Shown here one piece after another: positions 10,261 through 20,010 of a stretch of 64,000 bases of DNA (the first letter of the stretch is position 1; every line of letters starts with the position of its first letter). The position numbers and the translations under genes were made by a program. The notes below the pieces were generated by a model. It had not been told where the DNA came from, did not search any database, and saw nothing but the letters and a program-made list of their open reading frames with translations. Source of the stretch: Thiotrichaceae bacterium. GTDB taxonomy: Bacteria > Pseudomonadota > Gammaproteobacteria > Eutrophobiales > Eutrophobiaceae. Where the stretch lies: positions 4,775 to 68,774 of the forward strand of contig DUBV01000063.1 in assembly GCA_012960105.1 (NCBI GenBank), written 5' to 3'.

Positions 10261-10601
10261 ATGAACTGGATGATGATAATTTTCTTATCATCTCTAATAT
10301 TTGTTTAAAAACATAACTCCGCCAGTATTATTTTTGTCTCATTGATATTCTCTTTGCCAATTGCAATCTGGTTTTTCAATACTACAAAATCGCCTTATTT
10401 AATTGGTGTCGCGCATATAATTGTCTGGCTACCACTTTTTATCTATCTTATTAAGACCGAGATCATCAACCAGGGCGGAAAACTGAAAACCCCGTATGGG
10501 TTTATCTTGTTACACTATTAGTAACAATAGTCATTTCCCTTTACTTTGATATAAGGGACGTAATTCTTATTGCTCCAGGAATGAAAGTTCCATTTATATA
10601 G
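10261..10601 (+). pseudogene. Decayed small polytopic membrane protein gene
   Basis: The ATG10261 frame reads MNWMMIIFLSSLIFV-TAA-KHNSASIIFVSLIFSLPIAIWFF...KTPYG, then continues in another frame as VYLVTLLVTIVISLYFDIRDVILIA... to TAG 10599-10601. Hydrophobic periodicity persists across both lesions. Confidence 0.3.
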
Positions 10602-10612
10602 TCGCTATCTAA

Positions 10613-11365
10613 CTAGCGTGTAATCACATCGACAATAGGCTGGTCTTTTTTCATCGAGGCTAATACAACTATGTCAAATTTATTTGTCATTTGCAGTGCT
10701 AATTTTGCAGCTTCTCTGGCAAGCTTTTCTAACTCACCGTCATCAACCATATTAATTAAAGGGATAACTTTTGCAGTTCCCGTATTCTTTAACGAACCTT
10801 CGCTTGAAGATAATAATCGTGCGACATGAATAGGCTTAATTATTTCACCTTCTTTTAAACCAGTAACCTTACTAATTTGATCAACACGATGTGCTATTTC
10901 ATCAGTTAATGGCAAACCAATTACCTTGGAAGACAAAATAGGAATCACTGTGTTTGAACAGCTTACTATTGCGGGTTCATGTTCGGCAGGTGCTTTTATA
11001 AAACGACCACGTGCACCATCGGCCTTGATAACTAATAAGTCAAAATTACCAATGTCTTTAAATATTTGAATTGAATTCTGACTAACGCCAGCACGTCGTC
11101 CAAACCGTTCAGAAGGTTTTGCAAACGCAATAGATTTTGAATTCTTGTCGTTTCTTATAGCATCAAACAATTCACTTTCATCAGCAATATAATTTGTTGA
11201 CTTTAACGATTTTGGGAAATATTCAATATGCGCTGTCGCCGTAATTCCCACACGTCCTGAATGTGCTTCAGCTAAACGAAACATGGTCGTCTTCTTGCCA
11301 CCGGCACCAACACAGCTAACAATGCCATTTTCTGCATTAAATATTTCGAGTATTTCAGTTGCCAT
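10613..11365 (-). CDS. YqeC-like selenium-dependent hydroxylase accessory protein family
   Basis: VGAGGKKTTM P-loop, then LLVIKADGARGRFIKAPAEHEPAIV and ...GLPL...HRV... blocks as recalled for the YqeC family. 250 aa. Confidence 0.6.
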   Translation of the reverse strand: MATEILEIFNAENGIVSCVGAGGKKTTMFRLAEAHSGRVGITATAHIEYFPKSLKSTNYIADESELFDAIRNDKNSKSIAFAKPSERFGRRAGVSQNSIQIFKDIGNFDLLVIKADGARGRFIKAPAEHEPAIVSCSNTVIPILSSKVIGLPLTDEIAHRVDQISKVTGLKEGEIIKPIHVARLLSSSEGSLKNTGTAKVIPLINMVDDGELEKLAREAAKLALQMTNKFDIVVLASMKKDQPIVDVITR

Positions 11366-11376
11366 ATGGTAATTAA

Positions 11377-12111
11377 TTATTTAAATCGACTAAATGGAAA
11401 TACCATTGGTACTTTTTCCTGATATTTTTTATATGTATCACCGAAAAAGATAGTAAGGTCTTTTTCTTCGAATTGTAATGCAACAAAGATATAGGCTGTT
11501 GTCACAATAGCAAATAACAAATGTCCTACTGTCATAGTAGGAGCAGCCCAAAAAGCAATAATAAAACCGAACATAATAGGATGACGACAAAGCTTATATA
11601 AGCCTACCGTTCTAAATTCTAATTCACTATATTCCTGACCTTTAAAATATATATAAATCTGTCGTAAACCAAACAAGTCAAAATGATTAATCATGAATGT
11701 AGACAGCAAAACAAATAGCCAGCCGAACCAAAATAAACTAGTTAAAATCATTCTACCTAATGATGACTCAACAACCCATATACTGTCAGTCATTGGTTTC
11801 CATAACCAATAAAGTAAAAATAAAATTAAACTCGATAACAGGACATAAGTACTACGTTCAATTACTTCTGGAATTAGTTTCGTAAACCAGCGCTTAAATG
11901 CAGGTCGAGCCATTACGGAATGTTGAACAGCAAATAACGTGAGTAACAGCAGATTTATAATCAACGAAGATATTATTGAAATAGGCTCTCCGGAATCAAT
12001 AGATTTTGGTACGATGAAATTTCCAACAAAACCGATCGCATAGAGGAAAGAAAGAAAGAAAACGAGATAACTCACAATACCATATATAGATACAAGTAAT
12101 TTACGCATCAT
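11377..12111 (-). CDS. ICMT/PEMT-superfamily membrane methyltransferase, MddA-like (methanethiol S-methyltransferase-like)
   Basis: Polytopic. N-terminal YAIGFVGNFIVPKSIDSG and C-terminal YKLCRHPIMFGFIIAFWAAPTMTVGHLLFA...EEKDL blocks. The gap to the yqeC-like gene is 11 nt. Confidence 0.55.
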   Translation of the reverse strand: MMRKLLVSIYGIVSYLVFFLSFLYAIGFVGNFIVPKSIDSGEPISIISSLIINLLLLTLFAVQHSVMARPAFKRWFTKLIPEVIERSTYVLLSSLILFLLYWLWKPMTDSIWVVESSLGRMILTSLFWFGWLFVLLSTFMINHFDLFGLRQIYIYFKGQEYSELEFRTVGLYKLCRHPIMFGFIIAFWAAPTMTVGHLLFAIVTTAYIFVALQFEEKDLTIFFGDTYKKYQEKVPMVFPFSRFK

Positions 12112-12160
12112 TAACCTCCATAGATCCGGCTCGAAATTTAATCAATTCTATTTAAGAAGA

Positions 12161-12598
12161 CTATTCATTAATTAAAATAGAAGCAATTTGCTTTGCTTGT
12201 TCTGCAGCAGCTTTATTGCCACTAACATGTGCATCGACAACTGCTCCTTCTATTAATAGATTAAGTTGTTAGGATAACTCTTCCGGATTATTCATCTCAG
12301 CTTTAACAGCAAGGTCTCGTATATATTCACGCACCAGTCGTTTATGTTCAGCACATAATATATGTGAAGGATTATCTGCCTGTGAGTATTCCGCTGAAGC
12401 ATTAATGAACATACAACCAGCGAAATTTTTTTCCTGAATCCATTCTCCTACGGCATCAAACACTGACAGTAATTGCTCCTTAGGTGTACTGCCGAGTCGT
12501 TCTGTGTTTCGCATCAGATTGTTCCTGAATAGCTCATCTCTTTTCCTTAAAGCGGCCAATACAAGTTCATCCTTTGACTTGAAATGATTGTATAAGGT
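12161..12598 (-). pseudogene. TetR-family regulator remnant (HTH deleted, in-frame TAA)
   Basis: Only the end of the HTH (TLYNHFKSKDELVLAAL) remains after TAG 12599-12601. There is an in-frame TAA at 12269-12271. The frame then continues QLNLLIEGAVVDAHVSGN... to TAG 12161-12163. Confidence 0.6.
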
Positions 12599-12658
12599 CT
12601 AGTTTGATTAAGCAAAAATACCTTTTATTAAATCAATAAACATATTAGGAGAAGTAAA

Positions 12659-13699
12659 ATGAAAACAACAACAAACATCATCGCTAAAACAGTTTTGAGT
12701 ACATTATTGTTCGGTTTTGCTTTTGCGAATGCTAATGCTCAGGCAGCCGAAGCAAATGACATCGATATCAGTTACAAAACTGTAGAGATAGAAGGACTGG
12801 ATATATTTTATCGTGAGGCAGGTAACCCTAATAACCCAACAATTGTTTTGTTGCATGGTTTCCCAACGTCGTCACATATGTTTCGTGAATTGATTCCTCA
12901 GCTAGCAGATCAATATCATTTAATTGCGCCGGATTATCCTGGTTTTGGACAAAGCTCTATGCCTGGCGTAGATGAGTTCGAATATACATTTGATAATCTT
13001 GCCAATATCGTCGATCAACTCATCAACAAAATTGGGCTGCAATCTTATAGCTTGTACTTAATGGACTACGGCGCACCGATTGGTTTTCGAATTGCGACCA
13101 AACATCCAGAACGTATAGAAGGTTTGATCATGCAAAATGGTAATGCTTATGTTGAAGGGATAAACAATAATTTCTGGGAGCCTATTCAAGCTTACTGGAA
13201 AGATCGCAAAGCTGTGAATCAAGGACTCGATAATGCCTGGTGGAAAAATATCAAAGCTGCCTATAAAACAGATAGCATGACAAATGATGAAGCATTACGT
13301 TTTCTATTAACTAAAGGTGCAACCAAATGGCAGTACACCAACGGTGTTCGTAATGTAGAAGCGATTAGTCCCGATACCTGGGATCATGTTCAACCTTTGC
13401 TCGACCGCGAAGGTAATCAGGAAATTCAATTACAATTGTTCTACAGCTATGGTTCGAATCCTCCATTGTATCCTGAATGGCAAGCGTACTTACGCGAGCA
13501 TCAACCACCAACATTAATTGTTTGGGGTAAGAATGATGAAATCTTTCCAGCAGCAGGCGCGCATCCTTTCAAACGCGATTTAAAGATTGTTGATTTTCAC
13601 CTACTAGACACTGGGCATTTTGCACTGGAAGAAGATGGTGATGTGATTGCACGACACATACGCCGCTTTATGAGCAAGAATGAAGTAGCAACTCGATAA
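12659..13699 (+). CDS. Secreted alpha/beta hydrolase (epoxide hydrolase / haloalkane dehalogenase-like, Asp nucleophile)
   Basis: Signal peptide ...[20 protein letters not shown] oxyanion region, [10 protein letters not shown] nucleophile elbow, C-terminal [10 protein letters not shown]. Confidence 0.8.
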   Translation: MKTTTNIIAKTVLSTLLFGFAFANANAQAAEANDIDISYKTVEIEGLDIFYREAGNPNNPTIVLLHGFPTSSHMFRELIPQLADQYHLIAPDYPGFGQSSMPGVDEFEYTFDNLANIVDQLINKIGLQSYSLYLMDYGAPIGFRIATKHPERIEGLIMQNGNAYVEGINNNFWEPIQAYWKDRKAVNQGLDNAWWKNIKAAYKTDSMTNDEALRFLLTKGATKWQYTNGVRNVEAISPDTWDHVQPLLDREGNQEIQLQLFYSYGSNPPLYPEWQAYLREHQPPTLIVWGKNDEIFPAAGAHPFKRDLKIVDFHLLDTGHFALEEDGDVIARHIRRFMSKNEVATR

Positions 13700-13779
13700 C
13701 ATTTCATTAACATGAAACAATAATTCAGGGGTGTCACAATGGCTCCCCTGACAGCACTTTGATTTTTTGGAGAATAACA

Positions 13780-14334
13780 ATGAGAGAATACACAAGTGAC
13801 ATTGCTTTTACAGATACCGTAAAAGAAATACAAAGAAAAAAAGGCTCTCGAAATAGTTACGCAAGCATGGAACAAAATGGAAGTTGGGAATATGCGGTAA
13901 CTCCTTTTCTAAGAGATTTCATTGCTGCACGTGATTCATTTTATATGGCAAGTGTAAATAGTGATGGTTACCCCTACATTCAGCATCGTTGTGGCCCTAA
14001 AGGGTTCCTGAAAGTCATCGATCAACAGACATTGGGATTTGCAGATTTTCGTGGAAACCAACAATACATTTCCTACGGAAATCTAACTGACAATAACAAA
14101 GTCTCTTTATTCCTAATGGACTATCCAAATAAGGCGCGAATAAAAGTTTGGGGGACGGCTGAGGTTAATGAAGAAGATCAGGAATTAATCGAAAGGCTTT
14201 CTGTATCTGATTACAAAGCTCATACAGAACGTGCTTTCATTATTCATATCGAAGCCTGGGATAGAAATTGCCCGCAACACATTACTCCTCGATACACTGA
14301 GGAAGAGATCAGTCAAATGGAAAGTATAAAATGA
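13780..14334 (+). CDS. Pyridoxamine 5'-phosphate oxidase-family FMN-binding protein
   Basis: FYMASVNSDGYPYIQHRCGPKGFLKV...FADFRGNQQYIS block. Start set at ATG13780, 8 nt after GGAG. Confidence 0.7.
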   Translation: MREYTSDIAFTDTVKEIQRKKGSRNSYASMEQNGSWEYAVTPFLRDFIAARDSFYMASVNSDGYPYIQHRCGPKGFLKVIDQQTLGFADFRGNQQYISYGNLTDNNKVSLFLMDYPNKARIKVWGTAEVNEEDQELIERLSVSDYKAHTERAFIIHIEAWDRNCPQHITPRYTEEEISQMESIK

Positions 14335-14765
14335 GTCAAAATAATACAGAAACAACAGCTATCACTCAGGCTATAACCAAGGGAACACACCACATAGGTT
14401 TAACTGTTCCGGATGTAAAACAAACCCGTGATTTTTTTATATCGGCACTTGGCTTTAAACAAGTAGGAGAAAAGCCCGACTACCCAGCCATTTTTGTTTC
14501 TGATGGAAACTTAATACTAACATTATGGCAAGCAGCTGTGCCTTGTGAAGCAAATACATTTGATCGAAAAAATAATATTGGCTTACATCATCTAGTATTA
14601 CAAATTAAAAACTCTACTACACTAGAACAGCTTCATGAGCGACTAGTAAAAACTGATGATGTGGAAATTGAATTCTCGCCAGAACTACGAGGCGGCGGCC
14701 CTACAAAACATATGATGTGTAATATCCCCGGAGGGATACGCATCGAATTTATTGCTGCTTATTAG
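14331..14765 (+). CDS. VOC/glyoxalase-family protein
   Basis: THHIGLTVPDVKQTRDFF..LGF and HHLVLQI motifs. ATGA overlap with the upstream gene. Confidence 0.7.
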   Translation: MSQNNTETTAITQAITKGTHHIGLTVPDVKQTRDFFISALGFKQVGEKPDYPAIFVSDGNLILTLWQAAVPCEANTFDRKNNIGLHHLVLQIKNSTTLEQLHERLVKTDDVEIEFSPELRGGGPTKHMMCNIPGGIRIEFIAAY

Positions 14766-14794
14766 TACGCTATAAATCTGACAGAGAAAAACTA

Positions 14795-15304
14795 ATGACT
14801 ACATTTATAAATAAATTTAAAGGCGATGGCGCGGAACTTCCACCAAGGCCGACGAATAAAGCAATTGCTTTAGCATGGTTGGGTGGCGTTATCGCTATTG
14901 CTATAGTAGCGGCAATAGCAGACTCACTTTCAGCTACCTTGATGCTGGGTTCTTTCGGTGCATCATGTGTACTTGTGTTTGCGTATCCTGATGTCCCTTT
15001 TTCTCAACCTAGAAATATTATTTTTGGTCATTTTATTAGCTCGCTAGTTGGCCTGGTATTTGTTACTGCATTTGGCCCCCAATGGTGGGCTATCGCACTT
15101 GCCGTAGGTGCAGCTATCGCTATTATGATGCTTACACGCACAGTACATCCACCTGCAGGCTCAAATCCTGTTATTGTTTTTTTGACACAACCAGCCTGGG
15201 ATTTTTTATTATTCCCTACTTTGATTGGAGCCACGATTCTAGTGGCGGCAGCGCTTGTATACAACAACGCCACCCGCGAAACTAATTACCCAAAATATTG
15301 GTAG
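14795..15304 (+). CDS. HPP-family membrane protein
   Basis: TM helices and the eponymous VHPPAG motif. Confidence 0.75.
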   Translation: MTTFINKFKGDGAELPPRPTNKAIALAWLGGVIAIAIVAAIADSLSATLMLGSFGASCVLVFAYPDVPFSQPRNIIFGHFISSLVGLVFVTAFGPQWWAIALAVGAAIAIMMLTRTVHPPAGSNPVIVFLTQPAWDFLLFPTLIGATILVAAALVYNNATRETNYPKYW

Positions 15305-15361
15305 TACAAAACGATACAGCATTTATAATTACCCTCATCTAAAAACAAAAAAGGTATACTA

Positions 15362-15706
15362 ATGGAAAGAGATCCCGAAATATTCCCTGACGATGTCAAT
15401 GGCAATGTATTATGGAAAATGCAACAAGACGGTGATGACCTATCTAAAGCCAGGGAAATCGAATTCACTGTCATATTTGCAACAGAAGATGATGCACTTG
15501 GTTTTGGTGAAACATTATTAGTTAATCGACAAAAAATTCTTTTATCAAATAACGATGAAAATACTGAGCATCCCTTCGAGTTGGTCGCTTATGTTTATAT
15601 GGAACCAACTCATGAAGAATTATCTGCTTACGAGGATTTACTGACATTACACTCTAAGCCATTCAATGGACATAACGATGGCTGGGGCTGCTTTGTACAA
15701 AAATAA
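15362..15706 (+). CDS. RraB-like (regulator of RNase E activity B family) protein
   Basis: Acidic 114 aa with ...REIEFTVIF...DGWGCF C-terminus, resembling E. coli RraB (...YDGWGTYF) as recalled. Confidence 0.5.
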   Translation: MERDPEIFPDDVNGNVLWKMQQDGDDLSKAREIEFTVIFATEDDALGFGETLLVNRQKILLSNNDENTEHPFELVAYVYMEPTHEELSAYEDLLTLHSKPFNGHNDGWGCFVQK

Positions 15707-15718
15707 ACTATTTATAGA

Positions 15719-15952
15719 ATGAAAGAAATTGAAATAACAAAAGAACCTGTTGAGCTATACAAACTCCTTAAGTTTGAGGGTTTGGCTGCGAGTGGAGGCG
15801 AAGCAAAGTTCTTTATTTCTGAAGGACTAGTTTCAGTTAACGGAAATACAGAAACCAGAAAACGAAAAAAAATTGTTTCCGGTGATATTATAGAATTCAA
15901 TACAGAAATTTTTTCTATTAAACTTAAGAATCTAGACAATATCTCTTCTTAA
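15719..15952 (+). CDS. S4-domain RNA-binding protein (YbcJ-like)
   Basis: 77 aa. ...LYKLLKFEGLAASGGEAKFFISEGLVSVNGNTETRKRKKIVSGDII is a typical YbcJ/S4 pattern. Confidence 0.7.
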   Translation: MKEIEITKEPVELYKLLKFEGLAASGGEAKFFISEGLVSVNGNTETRKRKKIVSGDIIEFNTEIFSIKLKNLDNISS

Positions 15953-16130
15953 ACGACGACGGGAATTAGATTGAAATGTTTAAAGAGTCAACCTGCACCC
16001 GCCTTAAATATAGAGGAGGATATAATATAGTTAAGCTATATAACTTATATAGCGTCATTATTTTCAATTTCAATAGCCTTATTTAAATTTATTTTCTATT
16101 TACTTCCATAGCTTTTGATATACTTTAGAT

Positions 16131-16388
16131 ATGAATCCATCTGTACTCATTGCTGCTTTTCTGACTTTTGCTAATAAGCTTAAGTTTAAGAATTTATTTC
16201 TTATTACTATCACTTTGTTTGTTACCGACTTAATCATTCCTGATTTCATTCCTTTAATCGATGAAATCATTCTAGGACTACTTGCTATTATTTTAGCTAA
16301 TTGGAAGGATGAACGAAAAAATGAGAACAAAGGTAATCTTATAGAAGGTGAAGTGATTAATGAGAAAGAGCAAGATAAAGATCAATAG
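16131..16388 (+). CDS. Small two-TM membrane protein with charged tail (hypothetical)
   Basis: 85 aa with a DLIIPDFIPLIDEIILG motif. 8 nt upstream of the next ORF. Confidence 0.4.
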   Translation: MNPSVLIAAFLTFANKLKFKNLFLITITLFVTDLIIPDFIPLIDEIILGLLAIILANWKDERKNENKGNLIEGEVINEKEQDKDQ

Positions 16389-16396
16389 AGATTACT

Positions 16397-16849
16397 ATGG
16401 ATCTTTTATATCAGTTGCAAACACTATTACCCATGGCGATTAAATGGGCAGAAGAACATAGTGAAAAAATACAGGATGAAGGAACTCTCTTGAGCTCGGA
16501 ACAGATCGAAATAGCTCAACAAGTTGGTGTAAGCAAACCTGAAAAAGTAAGAATACTTGAAGTTGCTAAAGTCCCCATTCCAGAGAATGAAAACTTAAGT
16601 GCTGCAGCAAAGCAAATTGGATTTCTTACCGAAGAAATGAAAGCACTCACTATCGGGCACTCCATCTATATCTGTAATGGCAAAATCAGTACTCAACTAT
16701 TGTCTCATGAATTACGTCATGTCTATCAATACGAAACCTTCAGGTCCATTCCTGAATTTTTAGTGGAATATTTAAAACAAATTGCCTTAGTCGGCTTTGA
16801 AAATTCCTTACTAGAACAAGATGCCAGAAGGCATGAAATTCACAATTAA
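16397..16849 (+). CDS. Zincin-like hypothetical protein (HExxH)
   Basis: LSHELRHVYQYE resembles the HELxHVxQ motif of DUF4157-type predicted metallopeptidases. 150 aa. Confidence 0.5.
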   Translation: MDLLYQLQTLLPMAIKWAEEHSEKIQDEGTLLSSEQIEIAQQVGVSKPEKVRILEVAKVPIPENENLSAAAKQIGFLTEEMKALTIGHSIYICNGKISTQLLSHELRHVYQYETFRSIPEFLVEYLKQIALVGFENSLLEQDARRHEIHN

Positions 16850-17048
16850 ACACATACTGACAAAATCATATGCGTAATATCTTTAGAACACGGGTTAAGA
16901 GCAAAACAGGGAAAATTGAACTCGAAGGCAGCAAGATTTTTGTTGAAAAGAAAATGATTCACTTACACTATATAAAGTCTCGACGAAAAGCCTGAATCAT
17001 TATTTTTCTTTATCAATTTTATTTCTAAATTCGCTAGCCCGCAGGTAT

Positions 17049-17455
17049 TCAAAACCACCTACGAACCAGGTTGTTATAATTTGAAAAATCTACACCAAAT
17101 TTTTATTTCAATGCTTTTTCTTCGGGCGTAATTTTATAACGACTCATATATAAAACAAATATCATAGAAGCCACACACGAAAATATATTTGAAAGAAAGA
17201 AGGCCCATCCAATTAACAACAATAGAGCACCTAAGTACATTGGATTACGTGTAATCTTATATATTCCCGTTGTAACTAAGGACAAGGTCATATCGGGTTT
17301 CAAAGGATAAACCGTCGTTACTGCTTTTCTAAATGAAACAATGCCAGCAACATTGATAGAGATAAATAAATATTCCAGTGGAAACCAGAATAGAAGATGG
17401 TGCTGAAATAAAGACATAACCCATCGCGCCAAGCGGGATTAAAAATAGTTCCATA
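17049..17455 (-). pseudogene. Small ICMT/PEMT-family methyltransferase with an in-frame TAA (possible N-terminal frameshift)
   Basis: ITRNPMYLGALLLLIGWAFF core. The ORF stops at TAA 17103-17105, but the same frame continues KFGVDFSNYNNLVRRWF to TGA 17049-17051. That is the conserved family C-terminus (EE..L...FG..Y..Y...VRRW). ATG17455 (MELFLIPLGAMGY...) is in another frame. Confidence 0.5.
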
Positions 17456-17474
17456 TTCGAATTACTTGATAAGT

Positions 17475-17513
17475 TATAGCATCAGCTCAGATTTAATCTG
17501 AGCTGATGCTATA
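17475..17513 (-). terminator. Perfect 18-bp inverted repeat (hairpin) downstream of the 17532-18248 gene
   Basis: tatagcatcagctcagat-tta-atctgagctgatgctata. There is no clear U-tract on the minus strand, so terminator function is uncertain. Confidence 0.35.
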
Positions 17514-17531
17514 CAAAAATATGGACACGAA

Positions 17532-18248
17532 CTAATTAAATTTAGTCAGGTGGTCTCGCAACTGCATTATCGTTTTATCAGATACTGAATTTCCAGATAA
17601 TTCAGAGAACTTGCTCTCTTCTCCAAGAATATATTTTGCAGTTTCATCCATTAATTCTTCAGTTATATCCTCAGGCCCATATCGAATTAAATTCGACCAG
17701 GGTCCATCGAAATTATCAAGATTGAGTATGATCATGCAATTATCAAGATCCGTAGCGTATATGAATCGGGTAGAAACTGGATTAATTAAAGTTATTCGAG
17801 ACCCCTTCTCTGTTTCCGCTTCAAAATACTTAATTGTCTTTTCCATCAAATATTTTCTTATCGCAGGGAGCTGTCCGTCTTTATTTACTGTAATACTCAA
17901 TCCTTTTTTTGAAGTGAGGTCGTACTTTAAAGATATCCTCTCACCATTCTTTGAATTTCCTTCGTGTACGGTGAAATTAATTTTCCTAATTTTGTTAATA
18001 GGATATTTAGTCTGCGCATTAACATTTAGACTATAAGTAATCTCATTATCAGGTTTAATGACATTTAAATTTTCAACCAACTGCTTAAGATAGTCATGAA
18101 TGAATTCAAGTTTCTTATTTAGAAGGATTGCATTTTGATCGCGAATTAAGAAGTCCACCTCCGTGATAGTAGGTTCTTCCTCTTCCATCTTTTTCTCGAT
18201 TATTCCCTTTGCTTGCTTTTTAAGCTTATCTAAAAGCGACATCTTCAT
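17532..18248 (-). CDS. Hypothetical soluble protein
   Basis: 238-aa ORF with a charged N-terminal helix. No recognisable motif. Confidence 0.5.
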   Translation of the reverse strand: MKMSLLDKLKKQAKGIIEKKMEEEEPTITEVDFLIRDQNAILLNKKLEFIHDYLKQLVENLNVIKPDNEITYSLNVNAQTKYPINKIRKINFTVHEGNSKNGERISLKYDLTSKKGLSITVNKDGQLPAIRKYLMEKTIKYFEAETEKGSRITLINPVSTRFIYATDLDNCMIILNLDNFDGPWSNLIRYGPEDITEELMDETAKYILGEESKFSELSGNSVSDKTIMQLRDHLTKFN

Positions 18249-18362
18249 TACTCCTTACACTAAATATCATGTTATACAATATAGCACATTAGCAAAAAAC
18301 TAAAATAGATAGACTTCTCATTTCTCTTTTAACACACACACATTGTATTGAATGCTAATAGA

Positions 18363-19130
18363 CTATTTTGTCTTACTCGCTGAAAATCTCAGCCTAACAT
18401 AATCAGCAACCCAACCTTCCTCATCGCTATACAGCACAGGCCTTAATTTCTCCTCAACTAAACTTATAAAGACCTTTCTATTCTCATCCGATAAATGTGC
18501 AGTAATTCCCTCTGCAAATATTTCCAGCCAATTACTAATACCACTAGTCAGTGGCGTAGGCCGAGGGATAAACTTTATTGTATTAACTTCAAATCCTCCG
18601 GTTTCTAGCAAGGATTTATATTCTTCTACAGTAGGGAAAAACCATGGCGATTTAAACTCACCAAATTCTTCATTATCATCTAATACTTCCTGCATTGCTT
18701 TTAATAAGGCTGCAATATTGCCTGCACCACCAAATTCAGCAACAAAACGTCCATCTGACTTCAATGCTGCATAAGCACCTTGTATGACTTTCTCTGGTTG
18801 TAACAACCAATGCAATGCTGCATTACTAAACACCGCATCAAATTCATTTTGGAAATCTAATTCATGCCCATCAACAACATAGGCTTCAATACCCCGACGT
18901 TTGGTAGACTCAATCATACTCGCACTGGCATCAGTACCAACAAGTGAACAGCCTTTAGCTTGTAACACCGCTGTTAATTCACCATCACCACAACCAACAT
19001 CGAGAATTCTTTCACTGAACTGGGAGTTTAATAGTTCAACTACATCGCTAGCGAGGGCAGTAACGAATGAAGCATGTTTTGCATATTCTGCTGCATCCCA
19101 TTTTTGTTGGGTCATTTTATTACTTACCAT
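18363..19130 (-). CDS. Class I SAM-dependent methyltransferase (Tam-like)
   Basis: Motif I ILDVGCGDGELT and post-I LVGTDAS. The start may be the MTQQKW Met at 19115. Confidence 0.75.
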   Translation of the reverse strand: MVSNKMTQQKWDAAEYAKHASFVTALASDVVELLNSQFSERILDVGCGDGELTAVLQAKGCSLVGTDASASMIESTKRRGIEAYVVDGHELDFQNEFDAVFSNAALHWLLQPEKVIQGAYAALKSDGRFVAEFGGAGNIAALLKAMQEVLDDNEEFGEFKSPWFFPTVEEYKSLLETGGFEVNTIKFIPRPTPLTSGISNWLEIFAEGITAHLSDENRKVFISLVEEKLRPVLYSDEEGWVADYVRLRFSASKTK

Positions 19131-19140
19131 TCAATGCAGA

Positions 19141-19914
19141 TCAGCTCGGTTTACGTTGAAACACAAAATTATTACCGCTGGATTCTGATTTAGATAATTT
19201 ATAGCCATCGACATTAAATTCTTTTAACTCTTGCGGGTTCTTTAATCTATTTTTAATAATATAAGCAGTCATTAACCCGCGCGCTTTTTTAGCGTAAAAA
19301 CTAATGATTTTATATTTTCCATTTTTAAAGTCCTTAAATACCGGGACTATAATTTCGGCATTAATATTATTTTCTTGAATAGATTTAAAGTATTCATTTG
19401 ATGCAAGGTTAATCAGATATTTACTCTTACTGACCTTTAGTTCTTTATTAATTTGATCCGTTATTTTCGCGCCCCAAAATTCATATAAATTCTTACCTTG
19501 CTTATTCTCGAACTGCGTGCCCATTTCCAACCGATAAGGCTGCATCAAATCCAAAGGTCGTAATACACCATAAAGTCCAGACAACATTCTTAAATGTTTC
19601 TGTGCAAACTTTAAATCTTGTTTACTAAACGAATCAACATCAATACCGGTATAAACATCTCCCTTGAAAGCTAACAAAGCTTGCTTGGCATTGCTTAAGG
19701 TAAAGGGTGTTTTCCACTCACCAAAACGTAAGTAGTTAAGCGTGCCGAGTTTATCGCTAATCTTCATTAAAGAAGATACTTCAGCAGGGCTAAGTTTTTT
19801 CAATTCTGAAATCAGTTTTCTGGATTCTTTCAAAAATTCAGGCTGAGTAAAATCTTTGGTCACTGGCACTGTTTCAAAATCAAGCGTCTTGGCGGGAGAG
19901 ATAACAATCAACAT
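19141..19914 (-). CDS. yaaA: Peroxide stress protein YaaA (DUF328)
   Basis: MLIVISPAKTLDFE N-terminus and LSGLYGVLRPLDLMQPYRLEM block. Confidence 0.85.
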   Translation of the reverse strand: MLIVISPAKTLDFETVPVTKDFTQPEFLKESRKLISELKKLSPAEVSSLMKISDKLGTLNYLRFGEWKTPFTLSNAKQALLAFKGDVYTGIDVDSFSKQDLKFAQKHLRMLSGLYGVLRPLDLMQPYRLEMGTQFENKQGKNLYEFWGAKITDQINKELKVSKSKYLINLASNEYFKSIQENNINAEIIVPVFKDFKNGKYKIISFYAKKARGLMTAYIIKNRLKNPQELKEFNVDGYKLSKSESSGNNFVFQRKPS

Positions 19915-20010
19915 AAAAAAATAAACCTCACTATGAATCGAATTACTTTATATTATTGCCAGCGCGAAATATTTCAAAGATAAATTAACACGCACACAAT
20001 AATTTACTCA

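Noticed and set aside
13451-13461. tRNA T-arm-like motif ggttcgaatcc
   Set aside because: It lies in frame inside the alpha/beta hydrolase CDS (..YGSNPP..). No acceptor, D or anticodon stems can be folded around it.
16034-16052. AT-only palindrome gctatataa-c-ttatatagc in the gap before 16131
   Set aside because: It is short and almost pure A/T, so it is expected by chance in AT-rich intergenic DNA. It has no associated T-run or gene end.
16871-16996. 41-aa ORF MRNIFRTRVKSKTGKIELEGSKIFVEKKMIHLHYIKSRRKA
   Set aside because: It faintly resembles a bacterial PH-domain fragment. It is too short, has no SD, and there is nothing to anchor a family call.
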